Source: Elusimicrobiaceae bacterium (lineage in GTDB: Bacteria; Elusimicrobiota; Elusimicrobia; Elusimicrobiales; Elusimicrobiaceae). From it: a DNA stretch of 64,000 bases. A program made the translations under genes and the position numbers. Each line of letters opens with the position of its first letter. Position 1 is the stretch's first letter. The stretch covers positions 1,254-65,253 of the forward strand of contig JAFVFN010000008.1 in NCBI GenBank assembly GCA_017475405.1. The letters are read 5' to 3'. Positions 27,859 to 38,320 of the stretch are shown here, piece after piece. Below the pieces are notes generated by a model. It saw only the letters and a program-made list of their open reading frames with translations. It was not told where the DNA came from and did no database searches.

Positions 27859-29015
27859 TAGTTTATCCACAAATAAGATACGCTAGGAGTGGCCAATGAT
27901 TCAAGTTGTTTTACCAGAGAGTTCCCTTCCATGGAAGAACCAAACGAAAAAATAAAATCACGCAGATTATCAGACCTGGAAGAAATAATCTTGGGATCTT
28001 TTACCCCTGCCAATTCTCCGGCTAATTGCAACGCTTCCTCTTCGCCGCCCAATTTATCAATAAATCCTAAATTATAGGCACGCTGCCCGGTAAACACACG
28101 TCCGTCCGTATATTCACGTAAAGTGTCTTCGGATACTTCGGGACGCCCTGCCTTTACAGCGGCAAAAAATTGGGAATACGTATCATCTACCATATCCTGC
28201 AAAAGTGCCCGTTCGGCATCCGTCATCGGACGATACGCAGAACCCATATCCTTATATTTGCCGGATGTAATCGGTACCATTTTGACGCCAATTTTATTAA
28301 ATAGTCCTTCTACGTTACTGGTCTGCATAATTACCCCCACAGAACCCGTAATCGTACCCGGTTCAGCCACAATTTTATCAGCTGCCATGGCCACATAAAA
28401 CCCGCCGCTAGCCGCCACATCGCGAAATAAGGCTACGACTTTCTTGCCGTTTTGCTTGGCTCTTAAAATTTCACTGTAAATATTTTGCACAGCAGCTACC
28501 GTACCCCCGGGAGAATTAATATCCAAAACAATAGCTTTAACATCTTTGTCTTCGCCGGCTTCTCGTATTTTTTTGGCAATGGCACCAGCTCCCTGCGGAC
28601 GGGAAAACGGAGAGGAAGAATTATCCGTGGCAATTACACCGCGCACCTTAATCCAGGCCACATTGGCCTTATCATCCTTAGACGAAAGTGAAGAAGAAAT
28701 GACTGAAGACACGCTGCTGTCTTTGGTCCCTTTTTGGGGACATTGCAGTCCCGGTTTAACTGTTAAATACAGGCCGCACAACGAAGAAACCAAAAATAAA
28801 GCAAGCAATAACCCGGCCCAAAATCGGCCGCCGGAAACTACTTTTTCAGAACCCATCGGAGGTTGCGGTGTTTGCATATTCGCCTCATTTTTGGCAGACT
28901 GCGTAGTTGGATTAGCTGCCATTTTTTCCCAGGCCTGTTCGGGTAAACTAGTTGTAAAAGTAGCAACATTTTCTTTTTGATCATTTAATTCTTGCGGCGT
29001 AGGCTGCTGTGACAT
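27858..29015 (-). CDS. sppA: Signal peptide peptidase SppA (S49)
   Basis: INSPGG, AASGGFY, GSVGV and GKYKD motifs; N-terminal TM. Confidence 0.9.
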   Translation of the reverse strand: MSQQPTPQELNDQKENVATFTTSLPEQAWEKMAANPTTQSAKNEANMQTPQPPMGSEKVVSGGRFWAGLLLALFLVSSLCGLYLTVKPGLQCPQKGTKDSSVSSVISSSLSSKDDKANVAWIKVRGVIATDNSSSPFSRPQGAGAIAKKIREAGEDKDVKAIVLDINSPGGTVAAVQNIYSEILRAKQNGKKVVALFRDVAASGGFYVAMAADKIVAEPGTITGSVGVIMQTSNVEGLFNKIGVKMVPITSGKYKDMGSAYRPMTDAERALLQDMVDDTYSQFFAAVKAGRPEVSEDTLREYTDGRVFTGQRAYNLGFIDKLGGEEEALQLAGELAGVKDPKIISSRSDNLRDFIFSFGSSMEGNSLVKQLESLATPSVSYLWIN

Positions 29016-29100
29016 AAAACAAAATCCTCTGTAAAATAAGTTACTTTATTATACCAATTAAATTGCTACAATATGAACAAAGAACCTTTAGGAGAATCTT

Positions 29101-29988
29101 ATGTTACAGGGTGTATTTACGGCATTAGCCACACCATTTTTACAAAACGGAAATTTAGACAAAGAAAATTTACTGAAATTATTACGTGCTCAACTTAAAG
29201 CTGGCGTACAGGGAATCGTACTTTTAGGTACCACGGCAGAAACTCCCACTCTTACCTCGCAGGAGAAAAAAGAAATTCTGGATATCTGTATACCCGAAAT
29301 TAAGAACGCAGGCGTACAATTGATTATCGGGGTAGGCACCAATAATACGGTTTCTACGGTAGAAAACATACAATTAGCCGCGCTCTATCAACCAGACGCC
29401 GTGCTTGTCGTTACTCCGTATTACAACAAACCCAATCCAGCAGGGATGATTGTGTATTTCAAAGCAGCTGCCGCGCAGGGACTGCCTATTGTGCTGTATC
29501 ATATTCCGGGACGTACCGGACAAAAGTTATCCGCACAAATGCTTGATACATTACTCAAGGAAGTCCCGCAAATCATCGCAGTCAAAGAATCCGATTACGA
29601 CATGACTCACATAACTGATACGGCGGTATATCATAAAAATCGTATCAGTTATTTATGTGGTAATGACGATCTGTTTCCACAATTTTTAGCACTTCAGGCG
29701 TCCGGTATCATCAGTGCCGCTGCTTGCGTATGTGCTCCAACTTTTGTAAAAATTTATCAGTTATTTCATGCCAATAAACCTCAAGAAGCGTTTGAAATAT
29801 TTACGCAAGTGTATCCGCTTATTAAAGCGTGTTATCTGGAAACCAATCCGACCTGCATCAAATATATGCTTTCCAAGTTGGGATTTGGCTCACAAACAGC
29901 ACGAGCACCGTTGGGTGAAATTTCCGCTGAAAACAAAGCAAAGATTGACACGCTATTATCCCAAACAAATAAGGAGTTTTTAATTTAA
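29101..29988 (+). CDS. dapA: 4-hydroxy-tetrahydrodipicolinate synthase
   Basis: GTTAE, VTPYYNKP, LYHIPGRTG and VKES motifs; dap context. Confidence 0.9.
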   Translation: MLQGVFTALATPFLQNGNLDKENLLKLLRAQLKAGVQGIVLLGTTAETPTLTSQEKKEILDICIPEIKNAGVQLIIGVGTNNTVSTVENIQLAALYQPDAVLVVTPYYNKPNPAGMIVYFKAAAAQGLPIVLYHIPGRTGQKLSAQMLDTLLKEVPQIIAVKESDYDMTHITDTAVYHKNRISYLCGNDDLFPQFLALQASGIISAAACVCAPTFVKIYQLFHANKPQEAFEIFTQVYPLIKACYLETNPTCIKYMLSKLGFGSQTARAPLGEISAENKAKIDTLLSQTNKEFLI

Positions 29989-29989
29989 T

Positions 29990-30871
29990 ATGACAACTGT
30001 AGGTATTATCGGAATTAATGGTATGGTCGGGCGTAATGTACAAGCCCAGTTGCAAAAAATAAAACACCCGTTTGAATTAAAAACTTTTGGTCGAAATGAC
30101 GAAATCCCTGCACTAGATATCGCGGTTCTCTGTACGGATAACCCGGTCAGCGCGGCCTTGGTTCCCCAATTAAAAGATCGTGTTCGATTCATGGTAGATA
30201 TGTCTTCGCAGTTTCGCATGACACCGAGAATCCCGTTAGTCATTCCAGAAATTAATCCGCAAACAATTACAGGGGACACACATCTTATCGCCAGTCCTAA
30301 CTGTACGACCACCGGACTGGTTATGAGTTTGGCACCGTTGCGAGATTTTTACCATATTCAAGAAATCTTTTTCTGCTCATATCAGGCCATTAGCGGTGGG
30401 GGCAAAAAGTTACTAGATGATTTCCATACTCTGGGCAGCTTATACGCTGAGAACTGCGTACCGCTAATCGGTAGTATACAAGACAATGGGCACACATCAG
30501 AAGAACTCAAAGGCTTGTATGAAACCCGAAAAATTATGGATTGGCCACAGGTAAAAGTATATTGTCATACAGTACGTGTAGGGGTGGAAAATTCACACTC
30601 CCTGGGTATCACGATTAAGGCACAAGAAAACTTTGATTTAGAGCAAGTCAAAAAGCTATGGAATTCATTTCCCCATCTTGCATACAGCGACGACATAATT
30701 ACTCCCAAACAGGCCAGTGGCAAAGAAGAAACATTTATTTGTCGTTTGCGCGTAGACGTGGAAGATCCGAAAATTATTCACTATTTCGTCACGTTTGACA
30801 ATCTGTTAAAAGGAGCTGCCATGAACGGTCGACAAATTGTAGAATTATTGTTGGAGCGGTTTTTCAAATGA
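29990..30871 (+). CDS. asd: Aspartate-semialdehyde dehydrogenase (short form)
   Basis: GINGMVG, ASPNCTT, YQAISGGG and DNLLKGAA motifs. Confidence 0.85.
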   Translation: MTTVGIIGINGMVGRNVQAQLQKIKHPFELKTFGRNDEIPALDIAVLCTDNPVSAALVPQLKDRVRFMVDMSSQFRMTPRIPLVIPEINPQTITGDTHLIASPNCTTTGLVMSLAPLRDFYHIQEIFFCSYQAISGGGKKLLDDFHTLGSLYAENCVPLIGSIQDNGHTSEELKGLYETRKIMDWPQVKVYCHTVRVGVENSHSLGITIKAQENFDLEQVKKLWNSFPHLAYSDDIITPKQASGKEETFICRLRVDVEDPKIIHYFVTFDNLLKGAAMNGRQIVELLLERFFK

Positions 30872-31560
30872 AAAGAAATAAAATCATTCGCGTATTACTA
30901 AACGGTGCCAACGGTAAAATGGGACAGGCCATTGCACGGCTTATTCAAGAAAATCCCCAAAAGAATTTAATGGTTTGCGTCAAACGAGAATTCGGTCAAA
31001 CGGATATCCAAGAACCGTTTGATATGGTAATTGATTTTTCTACGCCGGTGGGCGCACAAGAAGCTTTTTGGCTAGCCAAAAAACACAAAAAACCATTTTT
31101 AACGGGTACCACCAATTTGCCGGAAGTATTTTTATTTCAACTCCAATCTGAAGAAAAAATCCCTGTTTTCTATGCTCCCAATGTCAGTTTAAGCGTATAC
31201 TTTTTTACAGAACTTATTAAACAGGCCTGTAAAATGTATAAAAGTTATGAAAAAGCACTGCATGAAATCCACCATGTGCACAAAAAGGATGCTCCCAGCG
31301 GTACGGCCAAACGAATCGCGGATATAATGGATTTGCCTGTTTCACAGGTAACCTATGAACGCATCGGAGAAACTGTCGGGACTCATAGTGTTCAGTTATC
31401 CTCAGATTTAGATGAAATTACTTTAACACATAAAGCAACCAACCGAGACTTATTTGCAGCTTCTGTACTTGATATAGCAGCATGGCTTGTAAAAAGACCC
31501 GGCGGTTTTTATACGATGAGCGATTTTGCAAAATTTAAATTAAAGGAAAAGAAAAAATGA
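30868..31560 (+). CDS. dapB: 4-hydroxy-tetrahydrodipicolinate reductase
   Basis: GANGKMG, IDFS, GTTN and EIHHVHKKDAPSGTA motifs. Confidence 0.92.
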   Translation: MKRNKIIRVLLNGANGKMGQAIARLIQENPQKNLMVCVKREFGQTDIQEPFDMVIDFSTPVGAQEAFWLAKKHKKPFLTGTTNLPEVFLFQLQSEEKIPVFYAPNVSLSVYFFTELIKQACKMYKSYEKALHEIHHVHKKDAPSGTAKRIADIMDLPVSQVTYERIGETVGTHSVQLSSDLDEITLTHKATNRDLFAASVLDIAAWLVKRPGGFYTMSDFAKFKLKEKKK

Positions 31561-32972
31561 AAATTCACTTTGTAGGTATAGGCGGCGTTGGTATGAGTGC
31601 CTTGGCACAACTACACGCCATGGGCCGTGACGAGGTTACCGGCTCAGACCGGTTAATCAGCAAAGGCTATACGAATATGGCCTTGTGGGATTATTTAAAA
31701 AAATTAAATATTAAATTATTTCCGCAAGACGGCAGCGGTATTGATGAAAATACCGAATTGGTGATTTTGTCTTCTGCAATCGAAGGAGATAATCCGGAAT
31801 TGTTAAAAGCGAAACAACTCGGCATACCGACTATGCACCGAAGTGAACTGCTTGCGAAACATGTAGCACAGCACCGCACCATTGCCGTATCGGGTACAAG
31901 CGGTAAAAGTACTACTACCGCTATGGTCTATGATATTTTAGCCTTTGCCGGATTATCACCGTCTGTCATTACGGGAGCATCTATTTTATCTCTGCAAAAA
32001 GAACAAGGAGTCTTTGGGAATGTCTATAAGGGGAACAGTGATATTTTAGTCATTGAAGCCGACGAAAGTGACGGATCCATTGTGAAGTACCAACCCTATT
32101 TAGGTTTATGTTTAAACCTACAGAAAGACCATAAAGAAATAGATATTTTGCAAGGCTACTTTAAGCAGTTTATTTCACATTGTAAAACTGCGATTATCAA
32201 TGCCGAAGAAGAAAATCTTTGTGTTTTGGGTGGGGATAAATCCTTTGGTCTGTCCTTGGGAGACATACATCCCAGTGATATCAAAGTAGACGGATTTGGA
32301 TCGGACTTCACTATTAACGGACAATCTTTCCGTTTACAAATCCCGGGGGTACACAACGTAGCCAACGCCACCGCGGCCGTGGCTGCCGCTGTGCACATGG
32401 GCGTTGATTTACAAACCTGCGCGCAGGCTCTGAGCAAGTTTACGGGGATTGCTAGACGTTTTGCTTCTATCGGCAGTTATAATAAAATTGAGGTAGTAGA
32501 CGATTTTGCTCACAACCCGCATAAACTAGCAGCTACAATTGCCGCAGCACATTTACGCGGAAAACGCGTGCTTGCATTTTATCAACCGCATGCGTTTACT
32601 TCTATTAAACTTTTATCGCATGAATTTGTGGACAGTTTTGCCAAAAGCATCGGGCCAGAGGATCACTTATGGCTGACGGAAGTATATTATCCGGGAGGTA
32701 CCATCCCGGAAGGGATTACCTGCAAAACGATCTATAATGAGCTAAAAAAACGTTGTGTTAATGTGTCTTACGAAGAATGCCGCGAACGCATCTTAGCTCA
32801 AATGGCCGCTGCTGCCCAACCGGGAGATATCCTGTTAGTACTGGGTGCCCGCGACCCGACCTTAACAGACTTTGCCAGGAAATTATTGGCTGCTTTGAAA
32901 GTAGCCCAAGAAATGTGTAATTGCGGCAAATGTATGCTCGGTAATTGCTGTATGAATTATACTACAAAATAA
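31557..32972 (+). CDS. murC: UDP-N-acetylmuramate--L-alanine ligase (MurC/Mpl family)
   Basis: HFVGIGGVGMSALA, SGTSGKSTTT, EADESDG and DDFAHNP motifs. Confidence 0.8.
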   Translation: MKIHFVGIGGVGMSALAQLHAMGRDEVTGSDRLISKGYTNMALWDYLKKLNIKLFPQDGSGIDENTELVILSSAIEGDNPELLKAKQLGIPTMHRSELLAKHVAQHRTIAVSGTSGKSTTTAMVYDILAFAGLSPSVITGASILSLQKEQGVFGNVYKGNSDILVIEADESDGSIVKYQPYLGLCLNLQKDHKEIDILQGYFKQFISHCKTAIINAEEENLCVLGGDKSFGLSLGDIHPSDIKVDGFGSDFTINGQSFRLQIPGVHNVANATAAVAAAVHMGVDLQTCAQALSKFTGIARRFASIGSYNKIEVVDDFAHNPHKLAATIAAAHLRGKRVLAFYQPHAFTSIKLLSHEFVDSFAKSIGPEDHLWLTEVYYPGGTIPEGITCKTIYNELKKRCVNVSYEECRERILAQMAAAAQPGDILLVLGARDPTLTDFARKLLAALKVAQEMCNCGKCMLGNCCMNYTTK

Positions 32973-32987
32973 GTTCTAAACAACCTA

Positions 32988-33013
32988 AACAAGGGGCTTA
33001 CAAGCCCCTTGTT
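32988..33013. terminator. Bidirectional terminator (murC/pilin)
   Basis: AACAAGGGGCTT/AAGCCCCTTGTT. Confidence 0.8.
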
Positions 33014-33116
33014 TTTCGTTACAATGCTTTTCTTCTTGGTATTCTAAGAATCTGTAAAAGAATTCACCATATGAATGTACATTGTGCAATGTTTTACTAA
33101 CGGATTTATCCTTGGA

Positions 33117-33656
33117 TTAGTTATACTTCCACTCTGTATACCCTGCTGATTTTGGAGTATGTGTCGGGACTATAAGACCTGTTTCTAATTTACACAATCT
33201 ATTGGACAAATGATCTAAATCCGTAGTATAGGCTATACATTGCTCCCATTTAGACCTTGATAAATTTCCCTTCTCATAATACTGTTTATAAAAAACATCA
33301 ATACCACCTACTTCCGTTCTACAAGCAATAGCCGTACCATAACTCCGACACTCCCACCCATCAAACAAATAAATAATCTTGGTTACCTCGTCATTTTCAC
33401 CCCTATCCTTTTCTTCTTCATATCCGGCAGGGAGATCTACATCTAAAACCGCTAAATCTATTGCATATTTTCCGTTGGCTAGGAAATATACTTCCTGCGC
33501 TTGAACTATACTTTTCACTAAAAGTTTTAATCTAGCAAATCTACTTTTTGCCACAGATATTTGGTATTGTGGCACAGCTACTGCTGCCAAAATCCCTATT
33601 ATTAATACTACAACGACTAATTCAATTAGCGTAAACGCTTGTTTATTTAGTTTCAT
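33117..33656 (-). CDS. Type IV pilin-like protein
   Basis: [36 protein letters not shown]; AAGGAGA SD before ATG 33656. Confidence 0.9.
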   Translation of the reverse strand: MKLNKQAFTLIELVVVVLIIGILAAVAVPQYQISVAKSRFARLKLLVKSIVQAQEVYFLANGKYAIDLAVLDVDLPAGYEEEKDRGENDEVTKIIYLFDGWECRSYGTAIACRTEVGGIDVFYKQYYEKGNLSRSKWEQCIAYTTDLDHLSNRLCKLETGLIVPTHTPKSAGYTEWKYN

Positions 33657-33706
33657 AATATTTCTCCTTATATGCTTCAATTCTCTGTTATGAAACCCAA
33701 TAAAAA

Positions 33707-33908
33707 ACGGCTGTCTCTTTTGAGCTCATAGGAGTGACCCAATCAAAACAGCCGTGGTCTACCGCAAGACGGTAAACGCTCGGCACAACATAATGGGATT
33801 ATAAGTTCCATCATGCTGTACCTAAAACAGCTGCTTTTGGACTCCTATGATGCCTTTAATATTTAAAAGCTCTCCGTTTCTTAAACGGTTCCAAAAACAG
33901 ATCAAATT
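33707..33908 (-). ncRNA. Pilin leader structured RNA, copy 3
   Basis: Minus strand: TTGCTA-17-TATACT promoter; P1 CTGTTTTTGG/CCAAAAGCAG; pseudoknot TCATAGGAGT (33841-50) with ACTCCTATGA (33726-35); terminal ACGGCTGT/ACAGCCGT plus T run. Confidence 0.85.
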
Positions 33909-33968
33909 ATATGTATAGTATAAGAAGTTTTTTGCTTTTTAGCAAGAAAAATATTTCAAAAAAATGGC

Positions 33969-34529
33969 TTAATTAAACTGGTTCATGGCCTTTTCCAGAC
34001 CATCTTTAAAATAACTTTCTAGCGCGCAGACCGCGCGCTCTAAGGCAGGTTCTAATTGGGTTTCTTCGTTCCGGGTAAATTTACCCAGTACAAAATCCAC
34101 TAAAGTATAAGGAGAAGGCTTGGGGCCAATCCCCAGGCGCAGACGGGCAATTTTGTCCGTTCCCAACTGCTCAATGATGTTTTTCATTCCTTTTTGACCA
34201 CCGGCAGAACCGCTGCCGCGCAGGCGCAGTTTCCCGACTTCCAAAGAAACATCATCAAAACACACGAGTACTCGCTCCGGTGTAATTTTGTAAAACCGGG
34301 CCAGGCTGCTTACAGCCTGACCCGATAAATTCATATACGTGTGGGGTTTTAACAAAAAGATGTCATGCCCCTCCACGGATACCTTGCTATATTCTCCCAA
34401 CTTTTGCCAAGACTGCCACTGTGCCCCCCATTTATGAGCCGCGGCATCCACGATGCGAAACCCCACATTGTGTCGCGTACGCTCGTATTCAGGGCCAGGA
34501 TTGCCCAGGCCAGCCAGGAGATATTGCAT
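33969..34529 (-). CDS. pth: Peptidyl-tRNA hydrolase
   Basis: GLGNPG..Y..TRHNVGF and KPHTYMNLSG motifs. Confidence 0.95.
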   Translation of the reverse strand: MQYLLAGLGNPGPEYERTRHNVGFRIVDAAAHKWGAQWQSWQKLGEYSKVSVEGHDIFLLKPHTYMNLSGQAVSSLARFYKITPERVLVCFDDVSLEVGKLRLRGSGSAGGQKGMKNIIEQLGTDKIARLRLGIGPKPSPYTLVDFVLGKFTRNEETQLEPALERAVCALESYFKDGLEKAMNQFN

Positions 34530-34532
34530 AAA

Positions 34533-35204
34533 CTATTTTTTGGCAGCGTCGGTACCTTTGGTAAGGTTACCTTCTTCGTCTTTTTTACCCTTGGTAGAAG
34601 AGCTTTCCGGTTGAGCAGCCGCATCGGCAGGAGCAGCAGCGGAAGCATCATCTTTCGGGATAGACAAGGCCACCACAGGGGCTTGTACATCGGTTTTAAG
34701 TTCTACGCCTTCAGGCAATTTAATATCGCCGGCGACAATGCCTTTATTGATGGTCATCGAAGTAATATCTACTACGATTTCGTGCGGGATGGCACTTACC
34801 AAAGCGCGTACTTCGATTTCACGCATAATGTGTTCCACGATAGCACCGTATTGGGCAATATCGGCAGGAGTACCTTCCAAACGAATCGGGACCACTACGT
34901 CCATTTTATCTTTCATGCTTACACGTTGAAAATCAGCATGAATCGGTCTGTCGGTTACAGCATGATATTGTACTTCTTTTACCAGGGCCAATTCTTGGGC
35001 ACCGTTTAAGTTGATTTCTACTAACGTATTTTTACCGGCTTTAATGATTTTATCCAAATCTTTTACGCTTACGGTTACGCTAACAGGTTCTTTATGTCCG
35101 CCGTATACAACAGCCGGCACATTTTTTTCCGCTCTAATTTTAGAAAGAGCTCCTTTGACGCCAATACCTTCACGGGCGGCGGCAGAGATAGTTACTTTTT
35201 CCAT
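34533..35204 (-). CDS. rplY: 50S ribosomal protein L25/Ctc
   Basis: PAVVYGG, VQYHAVTDRPIHADF; long Ctc form. Confidence 0.93.
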   Translation of the reverse strand: MEKVTISAAAREGIGVKGALSKIRAEKNVPAVVYGGHKEPVSVTVSVKDLDKIIKAGKNTLVEINLNGAQELALVKEVQYHAVTDRPIHADFQRVSMKDKMDVVVPIRLEGTPADIAQYGAIVEHIMREIEVRALVSAIPHEIVVDITSMTINKGIVAGDIKLPEGVELKTDVQAPVVALSIPKDDASAAAPADAAAQPESSSTKGKKDEEGNLTKGTDAAKK

Positions 35205-35230
35205 CTTATATTTCCTCCAAGTATTAAAAA

Positions 35231-36175
35231 TTAATTAAACATGCCACTGATGGATTGTCCATCGTGGTTACGTTGAATAGCATCTGCTAAAATATGGGAA
35301 ACAGACAAAGTTTCCACTTTCGGACCTAAATCACGCACAGGCAAGGAATCAGTAATAATCAATTTTTTAATGTCACTGTTATTAATACGTTCCAATGCAT
35401 TGCGTGATAATAATCCGTGGGCACATACCGCGTAAATATCGCGAGCGCCTTGTTCTTTAATTTTATTGGCTACAGTGGTTAATGTTCCCGCCGTATCCAC
35501 AATATCATCAAAAATAATACATACTTTATCCCGCACATCCCCAATGACGTTATACACGACTGCTTCATTGGGTTTGGGACGGCGTTTATCAATAATGACC
35601 AGTCCGGCGTCCATTTTGGCGGCAAATTTACGGGCACGTTCCACGCCGCCCACATCCGGCGAAATTACCACTAAATCCTCGCGTTTAAAATCTTGGAAAT
35701 AATCCAAAAATACTTTGCGAGCGCGCAAATGGTCTACCGGGATATCAAAGAACCCCTGGATCTGTCCTGCATGCAAATCAATTGACATAATACGGTCTGC
35801 CCCAGCCTCTGTAATTAAATTACTGGCCAACTTTGCCGTAATCGGCACACGAGGGGAGGACTTTCGATCTGCACGGGCATATCCAAAATAGGGAATAACC
35901 GCCGTAATTTTACCGGCACTGGCGCGCTTAAAAGCATCAATCATAATCAAGAGTTCCATCAGATTTTCGTTGACGGGCGGGCAGGTAGGCTGAATAATAT
36001 AGCAATCGTGTGCACGCACAGACTCTAAAATCTGTACATCAATTTCACCATCGGCAAAACGTTCTACACGCAGTTTGCCAAGTTCCATATTCAAGTGTTC
36101 GCAAATCTTTTGTGCCAACGGAAGATTGGCATTACCGGAAAAAATACGTAAGTCGCCATTTACACTTTTAGTCAT
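35231..36175 (-). CDS. prs: Ribose-phosphate pyrophosphokinase
   Basis: RFADGE, PYFGYARAD, DLHAGQIQGFF and DDIVDTAGT motifs. Confidence 0.96.
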   Translation of the reverse strand: MTKSVNGDLRIFSGNANLPLAQKICEHLNMELGKLRVERFADGEIDVQILESVRAHDCYIIQPTCPPVNENLMELLIMIDAFKRASAGKITAVIPYFGYARADRKSSPRVPITAKLASNLITEAGADRIMSIDLHAGQIQGFFDIPVDHLRARKVFLDYFQDFKREDLVVISPDVGGVERARKFAAKMDAGLVIIDKRRPKPNEAVVYNVIGDVRDKVCIIFDDIVDTAGTLTTVANKIKEQGARDIYAVCAHGLLSRNALERINNSDIKKLIITDSLPVRDLGPKVETLSVSHILADAIQRNHDGQSISGMFN

Positions 36176-37571
36176 GTTCTTTTTTCACACCTTTTTTTTC
36201 TAAAACGACCTGACGCGAACGGGCAATCGCTAAACCTTGTGATGCTACTTCTTTGGTAATGGTTGACCCCGCGCCGATTTTTGCATATTCGTGCACCGTG
36301 ACTGGTGCCACAAAATTCACGTTAGACCCTACAAACACATGATCTTCAATAATGGTTTGGTATTTGTTTTTACCGTCATAATTACATGTAATGGTTCCGG
36401 CCCCTACATTAACCCCGGCTCCCATTTGGGTATCCCCGATGTAACTGAGGTGATTGACCTTGGAACCTTCTCCGATGACGGCCTTTTTAATTTCAGAAAA
36501 ATTCCCTACTTTTGCACCTTTCTTTAAAATAGACTGCGGGCGCAAATGCGCATACGGTCCTAATTGGCAGGTCTCAGCTACTTCCGATTTTTCAATATAT
36601 GTGCCCTGTTTAAGGGTTACATCATCATGGATAATAGAATCCACAATATACACACTGCTTTCCAAGGTACAATTGGAGCCGATTTGGGTATTCCCCAGTA
36701 AATAGCAACCCGAAGCTATGAGCGTATCCGGTCCGATTTGTACGCCTGCATCAATATATGTGTCCTGCGGGTTAATCAACGTGACCCCGTTATCCATATG
36801 ATATTGGTTAATACGAGTCCGCATAATTTGGGCGGCTTGTGCCAGCTGCGCGCGGCTGTTTACGCCAAGGGCCTGCTCATAGTCTTCGCTGGTAAATACC
36901 ACTGCCGGCAGTCCCGCTTGTTTGATGAATCCCAGTGTATCGGTTAAATAGAACTCATGTTTGGAACCCTGCGGTTTTAACTGGGCGAGAGCCTCACATA
37001 GGGCTTTACTGTTAAAAACATACATGCCGCTGTTAATTTCGCAGATCTTTTTGGTTGCTGCGTCGGCATCAGTATCTTCTACAATCGCTTCAAAATTATT
37101 TTGGCTGTCACGTACAATACGTCCGTAACCATCCGGATTAGGGACTTTAACAGCCAGTACAAGTGCCCCTGCATGAGACTCATTAAAGACAGACTGCATG
37201 GCTTGAAGCGTATCAGCTTGCAGCAAAGGAGTATCCCCGTTTAGGATCATCACATCTTCTTGTTTTTGTAAAAACGGCAAAGCGGCTTTTACGGCAGATC
37301 CTGAACCCGTTAGTTCGGTTTGGACAAAAAATTCCACCGGGACAGTAATACCCCAAGCGGCTAAATTGGCTAATACGGTATCTTTAACTTGCTGAGCTCC
37401 ATGCCCGATAACAATACCAACTGCGGCAGGATTTAATGCCTGTGCTGTTTTTAAAATATGAGCTAGGATCGGATACCCGCAGACCGCATGTAACGGTTTG
37501 GGGAGACTAGATTTCATGCGCGTGCCTTTACCGGCCGCAAGGATAAGGATACTTCTATTTTTGGCTACCAT
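36168..37571 (-). CDS. glmU: Bifunctional GlmU
   Basis: LAAGKGTRMKS, GYGRIVR, EFYLTD, hexapeptide repeats and HLSYIGD; start at 37571 preferred. Confidence 0.95.
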   Translation of the reverse strand: MVAKNRSILILAAGKGTRMKSSLPKPLHAVCGYPILAHILKTAQALNPAAVGIVIGHGAQQVKDTVLANLAAWGITVPVEFFVQTELTGSGSAVKAALPFLQKQEDVMILNGDTPLLQADTLQAMQSVFNESHAGALVLAVKVPNPDGYGRIVRDSQNNFEAIVEDTDADAATKKICEINSGMYVFNSKALCEALAQLKPQGSKHEFYLTDTLGFIKQAGLPAVVFTSEDYEQALGVNSRAQLAQAAQIMRTRINQYHMDNGVTLINPQDTYIDAGVQIGPDTLIASGCYLLGNTQIGSNCTLESSVYIVDSIIHDDVTLKQGTYIEKSEVAETCQLGPYAHLRPQSILKKGAKVGNFSEIKKAVIGEGSKVNHLSYIGDTQMGAGVNVGAGTITCNYDGKNKYQTIIEDHVFVGSNVNFVAPVTVHEYAKIGAGSTITKEVASQGLAIARSRQVVLEKKGVKKEHD

Positions 37572-37614
37572 TTTGTTTAACTCTTGCCTAAAATAAGATA
37601 AATTGGATAGATAT

Positions 37615-37643
37615 ATTATACAAAAATACACAAAATATTACAA
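37615..37643 (-). promoter_or_regulatory. Sigma70 promoter of the glmU-prs-rplY-pth operon
   Basis: Minus strand TTGTAA-17-TATAAT overlapping the 3' end of the frameshifted pilin. Confidence 0.7.
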
Positions 37644-38204
37644 AAGTACACAAATTCGCCATCCCAGGCGGGCTTTCCACCAAGTCCCTCACAAACAGCA
37701 CGGTGCAGTCCATAATAAGAAGCCGTCTTAATCGTCGTGGCAATGCAAGCTCCCTGATGTGCCAGAGGATCATCTTCTTCCCTGGTTGCATCTACACGCG
37801 CATTGACCCATAAACTAAGTGTATCCTGCCCCTCCTGATTGATACTCAGCCCTATCAAACGACAGGAACTCGGCTCTATTTGTCTGCCGTCTTTATCTGT
37901 ATCTCCGGCCGAAGTACACCAAATACTCATATCACCTTTTTTATAAAGGCTTTCATCTACCTCTTGATAACATTCCCATGCAAAACCGGCAGGTAAAAAC
38001 TCTGCTAATTCAGGTTCAACAGGGCAATGACCCTCCAGTGAGCGTACCTCTACTAAATTAGAGATTCGTCGTCCCAAAGATAATAATTTGGCAACGGGTT
38101 TTCCAAACTGCTTTTTGATATTGAGGCACAGCAATGACCGTTAATACCCCTATAATGATAACAACGACCAAAAGTTCCAATAATGTAAATCCATGACTAC
38201 GCAT
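37616..38204 (-). pseudogene. Frameshifted type IV pilin-like gene
   Basis: ATG 38204 reads [37 protein letters not shown] then stops 11 codons later; the pilin body (AKLLSLGRRI...) continues in the frame of ORF 37616..38134; shift near 38092. Confidence 0.8.
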
Positions 38205-38320
38205 ACTATACCTCATTACTGATAGTGTACATGGTATTACTTTAAAACATGGGTCAAAAGACCTACGTAATTTTAAGGCCTATCCCTGGAATTTATGTTA
38301 TAATAAAAGTGTAGTAATAA

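Noticed and set aside
34365-35009. 214-aa plus-strand ORF
   Set aside because: Antisense shadow of rplY and pth.
37616-38134. ORF-track 172-aa protein as an independent gene
   Set aside because: It is the out-of-frame C-terminal part of the pilin that starts at 38204.
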